A stretch of DNA of 44,867 nt. Origin: a virus (taxonomy: Duplodnaviria; Caudoviricetes). This document shows, piece after piece, positions 35,666 through 44,867 of this stretch (its first letter is position 1; each line of letters starts with the position of its first letter). Both the position numbers and the translations under genes were made by a program. Below the pieces are notes generated by a model that saw only the letters and a program-made list of their open reading frames with translations, was not told the DNA's origin and made no database searches. Location: positions 1 to 44,867 of IMG/VR virus record IMGVR_UViG_3300024191_000609; one strand, 5' to 3'.

Positions 35666-37289
35666 AGAAAAAACAGAAGAATTTTTAAGGGCTGTACCCT
35701 TACCAGTAGAAACAAAAACATACACCGTAATTTCTCACGGTGATATAATAAACCATGCTCTAAAACTATTAGAGGACCATGGGTTTGTCGTTGAAGGCGA
35801 CATGTATAAAGCAAGTACAGATGGGAAAGTTGCATTAGGCTTTATGAAGCTGAAACAAAATAAAGATCCAGAAATGGGTATGACCTTTAACTGGTCTAAC
35901 TCTTACAATAAACAATTAAGATTTAGTTGTGGTATTGGTGGATTCATTTACGATAATAACTCAGCATTTGTATCATCAAACGAACATTCTGCATGGACAA
36001 GAAAACATACAGGAACTGCATTAACTGATACTTTAGAAGTAATGGAGAACATGATCGAATCAGCTCATGATCATTTTGATGCAATCATTGCCATGAAAAA
36101 GAAGTACCAGGCAATTGAAGTATCCAGAAAACAATATGCTAAGATAATTGGTTTGTTGTACTTCGATAAAAAGATTATAACCATAGAGCAAGCTTCTACA
36201 ATTAGAAAAGAGTACGATGTTCCTACATTCAAGTATGAAGAGAAAGGTACGCTGTGGGCTTTGTATAAGATAATCATGCAGGCTGTTGCAGAACAAACAC
36301 CAAACAAGTGGTATCAGCAACAAGTTAAGATTAGTAATTACCTTGAACTTATGTACAAGATAACTACTGTTGAAGATGAGTCTGAGTTTGTTGCTGAAGA
36401 AGAAGTTCCAGAGCAATTAACTATGTCAATGGATGATCTTCCAGAGTCAATTGCTACAACAGAATCATTAACTAAACAAGAAGTTGTTGAGAAATTTGGA
36501 GCAGATTTATCTGAAGAACAGATAGAAATGATTGAGCGTGAGTATGCTTATCCTTTGCAAACAGAAGATAAAGATTCAGGTCAATATGGAAAACCTTTTG
36601 ATCCAGACAATGCTAATGTTGCAGGAGATGTAACATTAGAAATAACTCCGGAGGAAGAAAAGTCTGAAGAACTGCAAGAAGTCGATAAAGGTTTAATTGA
36701 AAATGCTCAACCAGCTACATCATTCTTTGAGTCAACAGAAAAAAAGTCAGCATTTGCAGATTTAAAACTGGATGATACGGTTAAAGAAAAAGAAGAGGAA
36801 AAAGAAAAAGCAATGTGTAACAATTGTGGTTCAGAAGATGTAGTGTTTAATGCATCAGCTCAAATGCTTTGTAATAATTGCGGTGATGAAGAAGACATAA
36901 CCGAAGTTATTGAAGAAGAAGAATCTGATGAACTTATTGACGAAGATGAGAAAGATGAACTCAACGACATGTTTCTTGATGAAGATACAACAGATGAAAT
37001 ACTTGAAGAAGAATCTGAAGAACCTGTGATTCATATTGAATCTGATGAAGAGTATGATGCTAGAGTAGCTGAAATAGAAGGTGAACCAGAAGCAATAGAA
37101 TCTTCTTCTAAAGAAGACTTACTTGAGTTAGATGATGAAGAAAAGGAAGTTGAGGAAGTAATTGATCCAAAAATTCCAGGATTCATTAACAGATTCTACG
37201 ATGGAAACATCAACCAAAAATTAAACATTGACTACAAAGAAGACTTTATGACAGTTACTCTTGAGTCAAATGAAATGTTTGTAATATAA
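35655..37289 (+). CDS. DUF932-like domain protein with long acidic tail and Zn ribbon
   Basis: NSYNKQ...RKHTG...TLWALY N-domain; ~300-aa D/E-rich tail containing CNNC...CNNC. Confidence 0.65.
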   Translation: MISKEKTEEFLRAVPLPVETKTYTVISHGDIINHALKLLEDHGFVVEGDMYKASTDGKVALGFMKLKQNKDPEMGMTFNWSNSYNKQLRFSCGIGGFIYDNNSAFVSSNEHSAWTRKHTGTALTDTLEVMENMIESAHDHFDAIIAMKKKYQAIEVSRKQYAKIIGLLYFDKKIITIEQASTIRKEYDVPTFKYEEKGTLWALYKIIMQAVAEQTPNKWYQQQVKISNYLELMYKITTVEDESEFVAEEEVPEQLTMSMDDLPESIATTESLTKQEVVEKFGADLSEEQIEMIEREYAYPLQTEDKDSGQYGKPFDPDNANVAGDVTLEITPEEEKSEELQEVDKGLIENAQPATSFFESTEKKSAFADLKLDDTVKEKEEEKEKAMCNNCGSEDVVFNASAQMLCNNCGDEEDITEVIEEEESDELIDEDEKDELNDMFLDEDTTDEILEEESEEPVIHIESDEEYDARVAEIEGEPEAIESSSKEDLLELDDEEKEVEEVIDPKIPGFINRFYDGNINQKLNIDYKEDFMTVTLESNEMFVI

Positions 37290-37296
37290 ACCAAAT

Positions 37297-37327
37297 TAAA
37301 CCTACAGGAAATCAACCTGTAGGTTTA
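37297..37327 (+). terminator. intergenic hairpin (probable terminator)
   Basis: TAAACCTACAGG-N7-CCTGTAGGTTTA perfect 12-bp stem; weak T tail. Confidence 0.6.
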
Positions 37328-37341
37328 TTAATACTTAAAAA

Positions 37342-39661
37342 ATGAGTACAATATTTGAGGCTCGTTCTCAGCCAATAGAGTTCACAAAAGGACAAAGAGA
37401 AGCCTTAGAAAAAGTAGAAACCTTTTTAAAATCAGACCACAACTTCTTTTTATTAGCAGGTTATTCAGGATGTGGTAAGACAACTATTGCTGAAAACATT
37501 GCTAAATTTTCAAATGCCAAAATGATGGCCCCTACTAATGCAGCTGTAAACAGATTAGCTGAAAAAATAAACGTTCCTGCTAATAGATTTTCTACAATAC
37601 ACCGAGTAATGTATTCTCCAAAAGATGATTCAGGTCAATTTAGAAAATCAAAAGGGATGGACCCAAAAAAAGTTTACATTGTGGATGAATGCTCAATGAT
37701 TGATAAACGAGTGCTTGATGACCTTTTAACAGATGCGCAAAAGAAAGAGTCTAAGATCATTTTTATGGGTGAATAGTTGCCCAGTTTAAACCCCTCTAAT
37801 TGCTGGGATACCCTAAAGCTCTATAAACTACAACGTGATCCTAAAGGATGAGCGTGAATGTTTGAAAATTATAGAGATGTCGAATGGGCAATCAGCAGCG
37901 AAGACCTTTTAAAATAGGTAACGTTCAACGACTATCCGAAAGGAGTAGGGCTAAACAATTAGTTCGAAACGGGGGGAAGTTAGTTTAAAATTTTTCTTAT
38001 TTTTGATTATGAAACACACAAAGATTTATGCATTACTTGATCCTAGTACTAATATTATTCGGTATGTAGGATTAACAACAGTCGCTTTAAATCATAGATT
38101 GAATCAACATGTATACGCAGCAAAAACAAGAAGTCAAACCCATAGAACAAAATGGATTAATTCTTTAAAAGAAAAGCCTGTAATAATATTAATAGATGAG
38201 ATAATCAGTGATCAAGTAGAATGGTGGTTGGAAGAGTATTACATAAGTCAGTTTAAAGCATGGGGTTTTAATTTAGTAAACGCTACAGATGGAGGAAAAG
38301 TTCCAATAACAAAATCAGGAAAAAACAATCCTAATTACGGAAATAAATATAATCCTTTATCAAAAGTAACTAAAGGTAAAATCGTACAATTAGATAGCAA
38401 AGGCATTTACGTAAGAACTGTTTCGTGCATTGCTGAATTTGAGAAATACAATCTAAATCCATGTAACGTTTCGCTGTGTGTTAATAAAAAAAGAAATCAT
38501 CATAAAGGTTTTCAATTTATAAAAATTGAAGATTATGATGAATGCAAAAAATACGAGTTAACTTCGGTTAATACTCAAAGAAAAAGAGTAGCTCAATTGG
38601 ACTATAACAACTCATCAATTATAAAAACATTCGATTCTATATCAGATGCCTCAAGAGAAGTATTAAATACTTCAAATGGAACAAGTAAAATAGGAGAAGT
38701 GTGTGAAAATAAAAGAAAGAGTTATAAAGGATTCAAATGGTGTTATATAAACTAATTTAAGATATAGTCTGATCTCATAAGAAATTATGAGCTAACATGC
38801 TTGGACAGCTTTCAGTTAGAACCTGTAGGAATAGATCCTCACATCTTTAGTTGGAGAGAAGATTGTTTCTTTGAAGAAAACAAGTACGAACTAACAGAAG
38901 TTAAAAGATACGATGGTGTTTTATTAAACATTGCTACTGAGTTAAGAACAAACAAAGAAGCTCATTTTAAAGCACCTGAAACAGATGACCTGCAGATACT
39001 ACCAAAGTTTAACAAAAGTCTTTTAGAAGACATCCGTGAGGATAACAACTACATAGTTCTTACTTCTACAAACCAGAAGCGTGTTTTGTATAATCAAAAA
39101 ATTCGTGCTACAAGATTTAAAACTGTCGAAGACTTAGATTATGCACAGAACAATGATGCAATGGTTAGTGTTTCTAATAGCAATCATTATTCAAACGGAG
39201 AAACTTTTAAAATGAAGTATCCTCAGCTTTTGTTTGAAACTGAAATAAGAGTTCCTGATAAAAGAACTGAAGAGATGTCTATATACAAAGCATTGATATA
39301 CAAGAATCAAAACAAGATTGTTGTGTTGATACCAGATTTAAAAGAACCTTCGTTACACGGTGCTCAAATATTTGATGCACATGAAGAAGGATGGTTTAGA
39401 TTTTCATTTGACATTCAAAAAATGTTGTTTGTGAACATACCAAAAAGAAACTTAAAGTTCTGGAATAAAGATGTAATCATAGCTACTTATGGTTATGCGA
39501 TCAGTTGTCACAAAGCTCAAGGTCAAGAGTGGGATAATGTTTACATAGATGCATCTTGGTTAATGCCTGCATGGGATTCAGCTAGATGGTTCTACACAGC
39601 CATCACTAGAGCAAAAAAGAAAGTACAAGTAACTGAAAACAAATACCTAACTACAAGTTAA
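37342..39661 (+). CDS. Dda/RecD-like SF1 helicase split by a group I intron (exons 37342-37770 and 38804-39661, 428 aa)
   Basis: Exon 1 GYSGCGKTT, APTNAA, TIHR, VDECSM; junction restores FMG|DSFQLEPV; exon 2 YAISCHKAQGQEW, YTAITRA. Confidence 0.9.
37771..38803 (+). mobile_element. group I intron (IA-like) with homing endonuclease in P8
   Basis: P1 TGGGT/GCCCA with U-G at splice site; AATTGCTGGG 37798, AATCAGCAG 37890, GTTCAACGACTA 37923, AAGATATAGTC 38759; P9 CTCATAA-GAAA-TTATGAG; terminal G 38803. Confidence 0.92.
38009..38755 (+). CDS. GIY-YIG homing endonuclease with NUMOD repeats
   Basis: IYAL...YVG...R...H...E...N; GKNNPNYG; two NUMOD1-like repeats ending KGFQF and KGFKW. Confidence 0.85.
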   Translation: MKHTKIYALLDPSTNIIRYVGLTTVALNHRLNQHVYAAKTRSQTHRTKWINSLKEKPVIILIDEIISDQVEWWLEEYYISQFKAWGFNLVNATDGGKVPITKSGKNNPNYGNKYNPLSKVTKGKIVQLDSKGIYVRTVSCIAEFEKYNLNPCNVSLCVNKKRNHHKGFQFIKIEDYDECKKYELTSVNTQRKRVAQLDYNNSSIIKTFDSISDASREVLNTSNGTSKIGEVCENKRKSYKGFKWCYIN

Positions 39662-39686
39662 ATGAGAAAAATTGAAGTAATGAATC

Positions 39687-40073
39687 ATGAAATTGAATCA
39701 AATGACTAAGATGAATGAAGATGAGTTCTTAATGAGAACTGGTGCACCTACACTACCAGAAAAATTAATGTGGGAAAGATTAGCAAATAAAGACTTGAAG
39801 AAAGAAGTATTTATTCTTAAAGAAGGTTTAAAAAGAATGTCGGAACAGTATGGTGAATACAAGAAAACTGTAGGAACAAATCATATTGCTCAGATGTTGA
39901 CTAAGCTTAACAGAGTTAAGAAAGAAAATGAACACTTAAAAGAAAAGTGTAAAAAACTAACTCAGCAAAATGAAGAGTTCCTTTGTTCTTTAGCTGAAGC
40001 TAACTTGAAACTTGAAGAGTATAAACAAAAAGAACAATCATGGCTGGGAAAATTACTGAAGAGAAAAAGTTAA
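39687..40073 (+). CDS. coiled-coil hypothetical protein
   Basis: 128 aa. Confidence 0.65.
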   Translation: MKLNQMTKMNEDEFLMRTGAPTLPEKLMWERLANKDLKKEVFILKEGLKRMSEQYGEYKKTVGTNHIAQMLTKLNRVKKENEHLKEKCKKLTQQNEEFLCSLAEANLKLEEYKQKEQSWLGKLLKRKS

Positions 40074-40255
40074 TAGCTGAATTAGAGTTAGAGTTAACTC
40101 GATATACAAAGAAAGTAAAAGCTTTCAAAAAAGAATTAGCAGAAATGTTACTAGAAGATTACACAACTAACTGGAAAGTAAAAACTAGAGCCTCTTTAAG
40201 AAGAGCAGGATTAGATTTAAAAAATACAATAACCGATTTTAATAAAGAATTATGA
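40040..40255 (+). CDS. hypothetical protein
   Basis: 71 aa. Confidence 0.6.
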   Translation: MAGKITEEKKLIAELELELTRYTKKVKAFKKELAEMLLEDYTTNWKVKTRASLRRAGLDLKNTITDFNKEL

Positions 40256-40473
40256 GCCAATATAAAATTGATAAAGCAAGAAGTAGAGAAGACTATGACA
40301 ACATGTGTCTTCAACCATCTGACGGTGGACAATATGATGCAGCAACTGCATTACGCATTCTTGAAAATGGATCCGGTGGATCTATGCAAAATGTAAAAAC
40401 TGGTGCTGGTTTAATGGTAAGTTACAACAAGTCTTCAAACGACTGGATTAGAAAACAATTAAAGATTAAGTAA
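40252..40473 (+). CDS. hypothetical protein
   Basis: 73 aa, ATGA-coupled. Confidence 0.6.
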   Translation: MSQYKIDKARSREDYDNMCLQPSDGGQYDAATALRILENGSGGSMQNVKTGAGLMVSYNKSSNDWIRKQLKIK

Positions 40474-40748
40474 TGGAAGAACCAAAAAAAGGAAAGATCC
40501 TTGCATCAAAGTTTGTTGATTGGTATTATTCAGATTCAATTGATACAAGAATTGCAGGAGAACATGTTATTCATAATATTAAAACACAGGGTTATTCTAA
40601 TATAACTCTTAGAGAAATATATGATGCGTGTGGTCCTGCTATACCGGGTTATATTTGTCATGATTTAATTGATCCTGAAGATGAAGATGAGTCTGAATTA
40701 GCACCAGAAGAATTAGACTTTATTGATAACATCACTGAAGTAAAATGA
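40473..40748 (+). CDS. hypothetical protein
   Basis: 91 aa, TAATG-coupled. Confidence 0.65.
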   Translation: MEEPKKGKILASKFVDWYYSDSIDTRIAGEHVIHNIKTQGYSNITLREIYDACGPAIPGYICHDLIDPEDEDESELAPEELDFIDNITEVK

Positions 40749-41011
40749 GAAAAGAAACCTATATTAAAAAAATGGCTAAACATGAAGCCTCGTTTGACAA
40801 ACTTTGGAGAAAGATTGCAGATGATACAATTGAATTTGTAGAAAAAAATCCTGAAAAAAGCATATACTCACTAAGTAAAATTAAAAAGTTTTCTGATTAC
40901 ATGTGTTTATCTGGAGCTTGGATTCAAGATAGAATTAACGGTAAGCTACCTAGAGATAGGGGTGCATTAACAAAAAAAATTAGAAAAGCATTAGGTTTTA
41001 CAGTATACTAA
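40745..41011 (+). CDS. hypothetical protein
   Basis: 88 aa; KKIRKALGF end. Confidence 0.65.
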   Translation: MRKETYIKKMAKHEASFDKLWRKIADDTIEFVEKNPEKSIYSLSKIKKFSDYMCLSGAWIQDRINGKLPRDRGALTKKIRKALGFTVY

Positions 41012-41021
41012 ATAAAAAATT

Positions 41022-41246
41022 ATGGCAACCATTGATTATAATAAACACATCTGGGAAGGTTGGACAGTAGGTGCATTCATTGAACATCTTGAACTTACGT
41101 TTGACATGATTATGAATAACCAATCCTGGAAAAAGCCTTTCAAAACAAAACAAGAGATTAAAGATTGGTGTAAAGACGAACAACCATCTTATAAAAAACA
41201 CATCCCTGAAGTATATAACTACTTCGTTAAAAAAGCAGGCTTATGA
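41022..41246 (+). CDS. hypothetical phage protein
   Basis: 74 aa; HIWEGWTV..FI...WCKDEQP.YKKHIPEV. Confidence 0.7.
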   Translation: MATIDYNKHIWEGWTVGAFIEHLELTFDMIMNNQSWKKPFKTKQEIKDWCKDEQPSYKKHIPEVYNYFVKKAGL

Positions 41247-41476
41247 TTTACATAGTATTTGAATGTGATGTATGGAATAGTTATTCCAGTTATGTCATCA
41301 AAGAAATTTTAACAAACAAAGCAGAAGCTATTTCCTTTTATAATAAAGGAAAGAAACATTACTCTAACACAGGAGAAGAGTATATTTTAAACTTAGGTGT
41401 TCACACTAAGAGGTTGAACCTAAGTCTTGATAACAACGTACTAAGAGATCTAACAATAATAAAAAGCACAAAATGA
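41243..41476 (+). CDS. hypothetical protein
   Basis: 77 aa, ATGA-coupled. Confidence 0.6.
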   Translation: MIYIVFECDVWNSYSSYVIKEILTNKAEAISFYNKGKKHYSNTGEEYILNLGVHTKRLNLSLDNNVLRDLTIIKSTK

Positions 41477-41509
41477 AAATAAATATTGAGGAACTAAACC
41501 ATTTAACAA

Positions 41510-42037
41510 ATGAAAGAAAACGTAAAGACATCGCATGATGATGCATTACGCTTAGTTCGAATTACAACTAAGTGCGCTGACTGTCTTGTTGATTTCGACA
41601 TAGTTGATGACCTGTATCAAGAAGGTAAGTCAAAATACATAAGACAAGAACTAAAAAAAGAATTTCCTATATTTGGAAACTACATAGAAAAGTTTAGTTC
41701 TAAGTTCTTAAAAGCTTTTGTTGAAGCTGATCAAGATAGTCAAAAAGAATTACAGCAATCCTTCAGGGAATTTAGCGATAAGATGTGGTTAGTAAATGAA
41801 GAAATGACTGCTTTATTTATGACCTATGCAAAAGCAAAAAGCATACTTATCGATATTTCAGAAATGGAGTACAGTGATCCGAACATAAGCTACTTAAAAA
41901 AAGTATGCGAAAATTATTCTACAGTAGTAGGTAAGAAGTATGGAAGCATCCTTAAACTAAGAGATGAAGCTGGATACGGTGTGGAAGACATCGTTAAAGG
42001 CTTAGACAAGTTAAGTAAATCTATAATGTATAAATAA
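41510..42037 (+). CDS. hypothetical protein
   Basis: 175 aa. Confidence 0.7.
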   Translation: MKENVKTSHDDALRLVRITTKCADCLVDFDIVDDLYQEGKSKYIRQELKKEFPIFGNYIEKFSSKFLKAFVEADQDSQKELQQSFREFSDKMWLVNEEMTALFMTYAKAKSILIDISEMEYSDPNISYLKKVCENYSTVVGKKYGSILKLRDEAGYGVEDIVKGLDKLSKSIMYK

Positions 42038-42038
42038 T

Positions 42039-42419
42039 ATGAAAAAACAAATCAAACAAGTAGTTGAGTTTCATGAGAAATTCCTACAAGACATGCAAAC
42101 AAAACCAGGATTAATTGATCTTGGTGAAGCAAGACTAAGACATTCTTTAGGAAAAGAGGAATTAGATGAGTACCTAGATGCTGCAAAGAAGGAAGACTTA
42201 GTTGAAATAGCAGATGCGCTAGGTGATCAACTGTACATCTTAGTAGGAACAATTACTAAGCATGGTCTACAAGATATGATTGAACCAATCTTTGATTTAA
42301 TTCATGAGAACAACATGAAGAAATTAGGTCCAGATGGTAAACCTATCTTCAGAGCAGATGGTAAAATTATTAAACCAAAAGGGTTTGAAAAAGTTGAACT
42401 TAAAACATTATTCCCATGA
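42039..42419 (+). CDS. MazG-like/PRA-PH nucleoside triphosphate pyrophosphohydrolase
   Basis: EELDEY...EIADALGDQLY...NMKKL..DGK..KP. Confidence 0.85.
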   Translation: MKKQIKQVVEFHEKFLQDMQTKPGLIDLGEARLRHSLGKEELDEYLDAAKKEDLVEIADALGDQLYILVGTITKHGLQDMIEPIFDLIHENNMKKLGPDGKPIFRADGKIIKPKGFEKVELKTLFP

Positions 42420-42565
42420 ACAAAGCAAAATATCAAGGAGCAGATGTTTACATCAGAGCTGAATTTGAATTGAGTCCAAATATGGTTTTAATTAGTTACA
42501 CTGAGGATGGTCCTGCATTTAAAGTAAACGCAAAAGATTTAGAGAATTATTCACAAAAAAATTAA
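42416..42565 (+). CDS. small hypothetical protein (49 aa)
   Basis: MNKAKYQGADV...QKN*, ATGA-coupled; not in ORF track. Confidence 0.5.
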   Translation: MNKAKYQGADVYIRAEFELSPNMVLISYTEDGPAFKVNAKDLENYSQKN

Positions 42566-42571
42566 AACTTA

Positions 42572-43081
42572 ATGTTAGCGACATCAACTTACATTCAAAA
42601 AAGTCATCTGATGCTTTACCCTTTACTGGGATTAAAAGCATCAGCTCTGTACAAACCTCACAATACTTATGTTGCGTCTAAGAGTTTTTCAACAGAAGCT
42701 CATAAGTTAATTTGTGTATATGAAACTGAACCAACAGAAGAGTTCTATACGTTTAGAAATGAAGTCTTAAAGAAAAATCCGTACTATGAAAGCATTACCA
42801 TCACATTGGGTAAAAACATAGTCGTATTTAACATGAGTAAATTTGAAGAAGACTTCAACCTTTTTCTTAAAGGTAAGTACTCTAAGTTTTCAGAATCGAG
42901 TAAAAAGTTGATTAAGCAATTCTATGCACACAATATTAATGCAGCAATTGCAATTGACAGTCACATTTACCCTGAAGAATTTCATGAGTTGTATGCTAAT
43001 CTATATGAAGTATCTGAAGAGGTGATTAGAAACAATTTTGAAACGCTTACTCCTCCGGATATGCTTAAAGAAAAATTGTAA
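42572..43081 (+). CDS. hypothetical protein
   Basis: 169 aa; last gene of the + strand block. Confidence 0.75.
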   Translation: MLATSTYIQKSHLMLYPLLGLKASALYKPHNTYVASKSFSTEAHKLICVYETEPTEEFYTFRNEVLKKNPYYESITITLGKNIVVFNMSKFEEDFNLFLKGKYSKFSESSKKLIKQFYAHNINAAIAIDSHIYPEEFHELYANLYEVSEEVIRNNFETLTPPDMLKEKL

Positions 43082-43118
43082 AAAAGAAAAGGAGAGTTTT
43101 GACACTCTCCTTTTTTTT
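43081..43118. terminator. bidirectional intrinsic terminator
   Basis: A-rich run, GGAGAGT-TTTGAC-ACTCTCC, T8; between convergent genes. Confidence 0.85.
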
Positions 43119-44867
43119 AATTTGTAGCCTTGAAGGACTCATAATCTTCTCTACCTTTAACAGGATCAAGATTCTTACCATTAATACCAACTAAATCAAA
43201 CAGGGCATCATAAGTTTTACCACTTTTATAACCACCTTGTTGAAAAAAATAAGGTCCAGAGTCTTTAGTATAAGTATCCGATTTTTGATTTGTTTCGTAA
43301 GCTAGTAATTTCAATGCTAAGTTAATTTGAATTGTCAAGTTAATTGCATTAGGATTAGTTGTTTTAGCAAACTCTTTAAAACCATGATATGTAAACATAT
43401 TCATAGAGTTAAACTCATCAGTTGTTTGCGACATTATTAAACCTGCATGATTTAATAAAAAACCATCTAAGTGAAAGTCATACTTATCCTCAACAGTTAT
43501 ACCATCATCATCAAATGAAAGATACCCTGACCTAGCTTTCATCGCTCTATAATCAAGTTTCTTTGGTAAATCCTCATCGTCATCATCATCTTTTGCTTTA
43601 AATATAGTAAGCATGTTAGTGATAAGTGGTAAAAGTAAAGTACCTACTACCAAATAACCTGTTACGTATGTCATACTAACAATCTCTTCCTTAGTTAATG
43701 TTGGAACAGACCTACCAAAAGTTGTAAGAACTTCAGTTAGTGTTTTTAGAGTAGACGTAAAGTGACCATACTCTACTTTACCTGTAGTCCAGTTCATTCT
43801 TTTTTTAACAATGTTTCCATGAGTTCCAACAGAAAACGCGTAATTCTTAGCTGTCATTGGAATGAAATGTTTTCTTAATGCAATAAGCTGTTTAGCTATT
43901 ATGTTACGCTCAATAAGAGAAGAATCTTTTTTAGCAAACGTACCGTTCCAAGTAGCAATTATTTGTTGCATTCTTAAACGTTCATCTATTAGTTTTTGAC
44001 CAGCTATAAGTTTACCTTCTGAATCATAAGATATAGCATAACCTGGATCAAGACCTTTCTTAGATTGAAGCCTACCATCAACTAATTCAAAAGCATTAAG
44101 ATAAGGAATCATCTTAGTTTTACCGTTTTGAGTAATAGCAACTTTTTTGTTATTCATCAAAGCACCAAAATTCTGAAGACCTCCTTGAAGCTCTAACCAC
44201 TTCCTACCATTCTGTAAAAACTTCAAATCAAACATATCTCCAATAACGGTACGTGATAAGTTATCTCCCATTGTTTCCATTGTTCTACCACCAATAGGAT
44301 CAAACAATTGAGCAAGTTGTTCATTGTAACCCTTGTTACCCCTAGAACGAATATTTTTAGAAATCTCACCGGCTGCTTTTAAAGCCCAAACTTCACCAAC
44401 CATTCCATCATATAGATTAATCTCATCAGATGCTAAAGCATGAGTAAGAGAAACTAACTTGATTTGATTATAATTTTTTATTGCAGAACCAGGATTCAAA
44501 CTAAACAGTTTAAAACCTACAGAACGGTTCATAGCATTAAGAGCCTTTTGACTTTTATATACATAACGACCATCCCCTTTTAAATAAACCCCATCTAAAT
44601 CCCTAGCAATAATAGCCTCAAGAGCATCCTTTCTAACTTTGCTCCCTCGCTTATCCCAAAAGTTAGATGTGTTGTGTTGCCTAGCTGTTTCATCAACTGC
44701 AGGCATATCCTTTCTATCAGCAGACTTACTCTTATCGTTACGAACAGTAACTTCATCAACAGACCTCGCATAAGATGCAGCTTGACGAGCCCCTTCTTTG
44801 TGATAAACAGAAGCCATGTACTCAGGCATTGTTTTAAGAATGTCAGTAGAAACATCTTTGTAACTTC
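43117..44867 (-). CDS. C-terminal part of a large protein, probably virion/ejection protein (5' truncated)
   Basis: Frame open to window end (SYKDVSTDILKT-MPEY...); >570 aa; hydrophobic stretch near C-terminus; opposite-strand block. Confidence 0.65.
   Translation of the reverse strand, partial: SYKDVSTDILKTMPEYMASVYHKEGARQAASYARSVDEVTVRNDKSKSADRKDMPAVDETARQHNTSNFWDKRGSKVRKDALEAIIARDLDGVYLKGDGRYVYKSQKALNAMNRSVGFKLFSLNPGSAIKNYNQIKLVSLTHALASDEINLYDGMVGEVWALKAAGEISKNIRSRGNKGYNEQLAQLFDPIGGRTMETMGDNLSRTVIGDMFDLKFLQNGRKWLELQGGLQNFGALMNNKKVAITQNGKTKMIPYLNAFELVDGRLQSKKGLDPGYAISYDSEGKLIAGQKLIDERLRMQQIIATWNGTFAKKDSSLIERNIIAKQLIALRKHFIPMTAKNYAFSVGTHGNIVKKRMNWTTGKVEYGHFTSTLKTLTEVLTTFGRSVPTLTKEEIVSMTYVTGYLVVGTLLLPLITNMLTIFKAKDDDDDEDLPKKLDYRAMKARSGYLSFDDDGITVEDKYDFHLDGFLLNHAGLIMSQTTDEFNSMNMFTYHGFKEFAKTTNPNAINLTIQINLALKLLAYETNQKSDTYTKDSGPYFFQQGGYKSGKTYDALFDLVGINGKNLDPVKGREDYESFKATN

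Noticed and set aside
37774-37776. TAG readthrough or stop-codon reassignment as seen in some crAss-like phages
   Set aside because: This TAG is inside the intron; genes elsewhere are intact under code 11 and several end in TAG; no suppressor tRNA seen
38801-38803. TTG start of a separate 286-aa helicase gene
   Set aside because: These bases are the 3' end of the intron; the ORF is exon 2
173-42252. Numerous short minus-strand ORFs in the track (e.g. 173-373, 4006-4290, 8130-8525, 25386-25781, 28963-29289, 33150-33497, 36060-36416)
   Set aside because: They lie antisense to well-supported + strand genes and have shadow-like composition; only 16535-16825 and 43117-44867 occupy their own space

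Overview
AT-rich bacteriophage genome segment, most consistent with a crAss-like (Crassvirales-related) phage of a Bacteroidota host. The assignment rests on the gene set (family B DNA polymerase, DnaB helicase, Toprim primase, ThyX, UDG-like, PD-(D/E)XK nuclease, MoxR-type AAA with vWA/metallopeptidase partner), TAnnTTTG promoters and A-rich leaders without Shine-Dalgarno sites. Bases 1-43081 form a tightly packed + strand block of early and replication genes with a single minus-strand gene. This block converges at a bidirectional terminator with the 3' end of a large minus-strand protein that runs off the window. Notable items: (1) a ~720-nt ORF-free, extensively base-paired region (7380-8105) followed by a tRNA-Leu-shaped RNA whose anticodon loop is replaced by a ~67-nt branched insert (8111-8269); (2) a group I intron with a GIY-YIG endonuclease splitting a Dda/RecD-like helicase (37771-38803); (3) an accessory island (23853-28547) with direct repeats at gene junctions, integron attC-like GTTAGC/GCTAAC sites inside reading frames and a spore-photoproduct-lyase-like radical SAM gene; (4) two divergent genes whose ATGs overlap in one palindrome. 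All calls come from reading the sequence by eye; no searches or folding programs were run.
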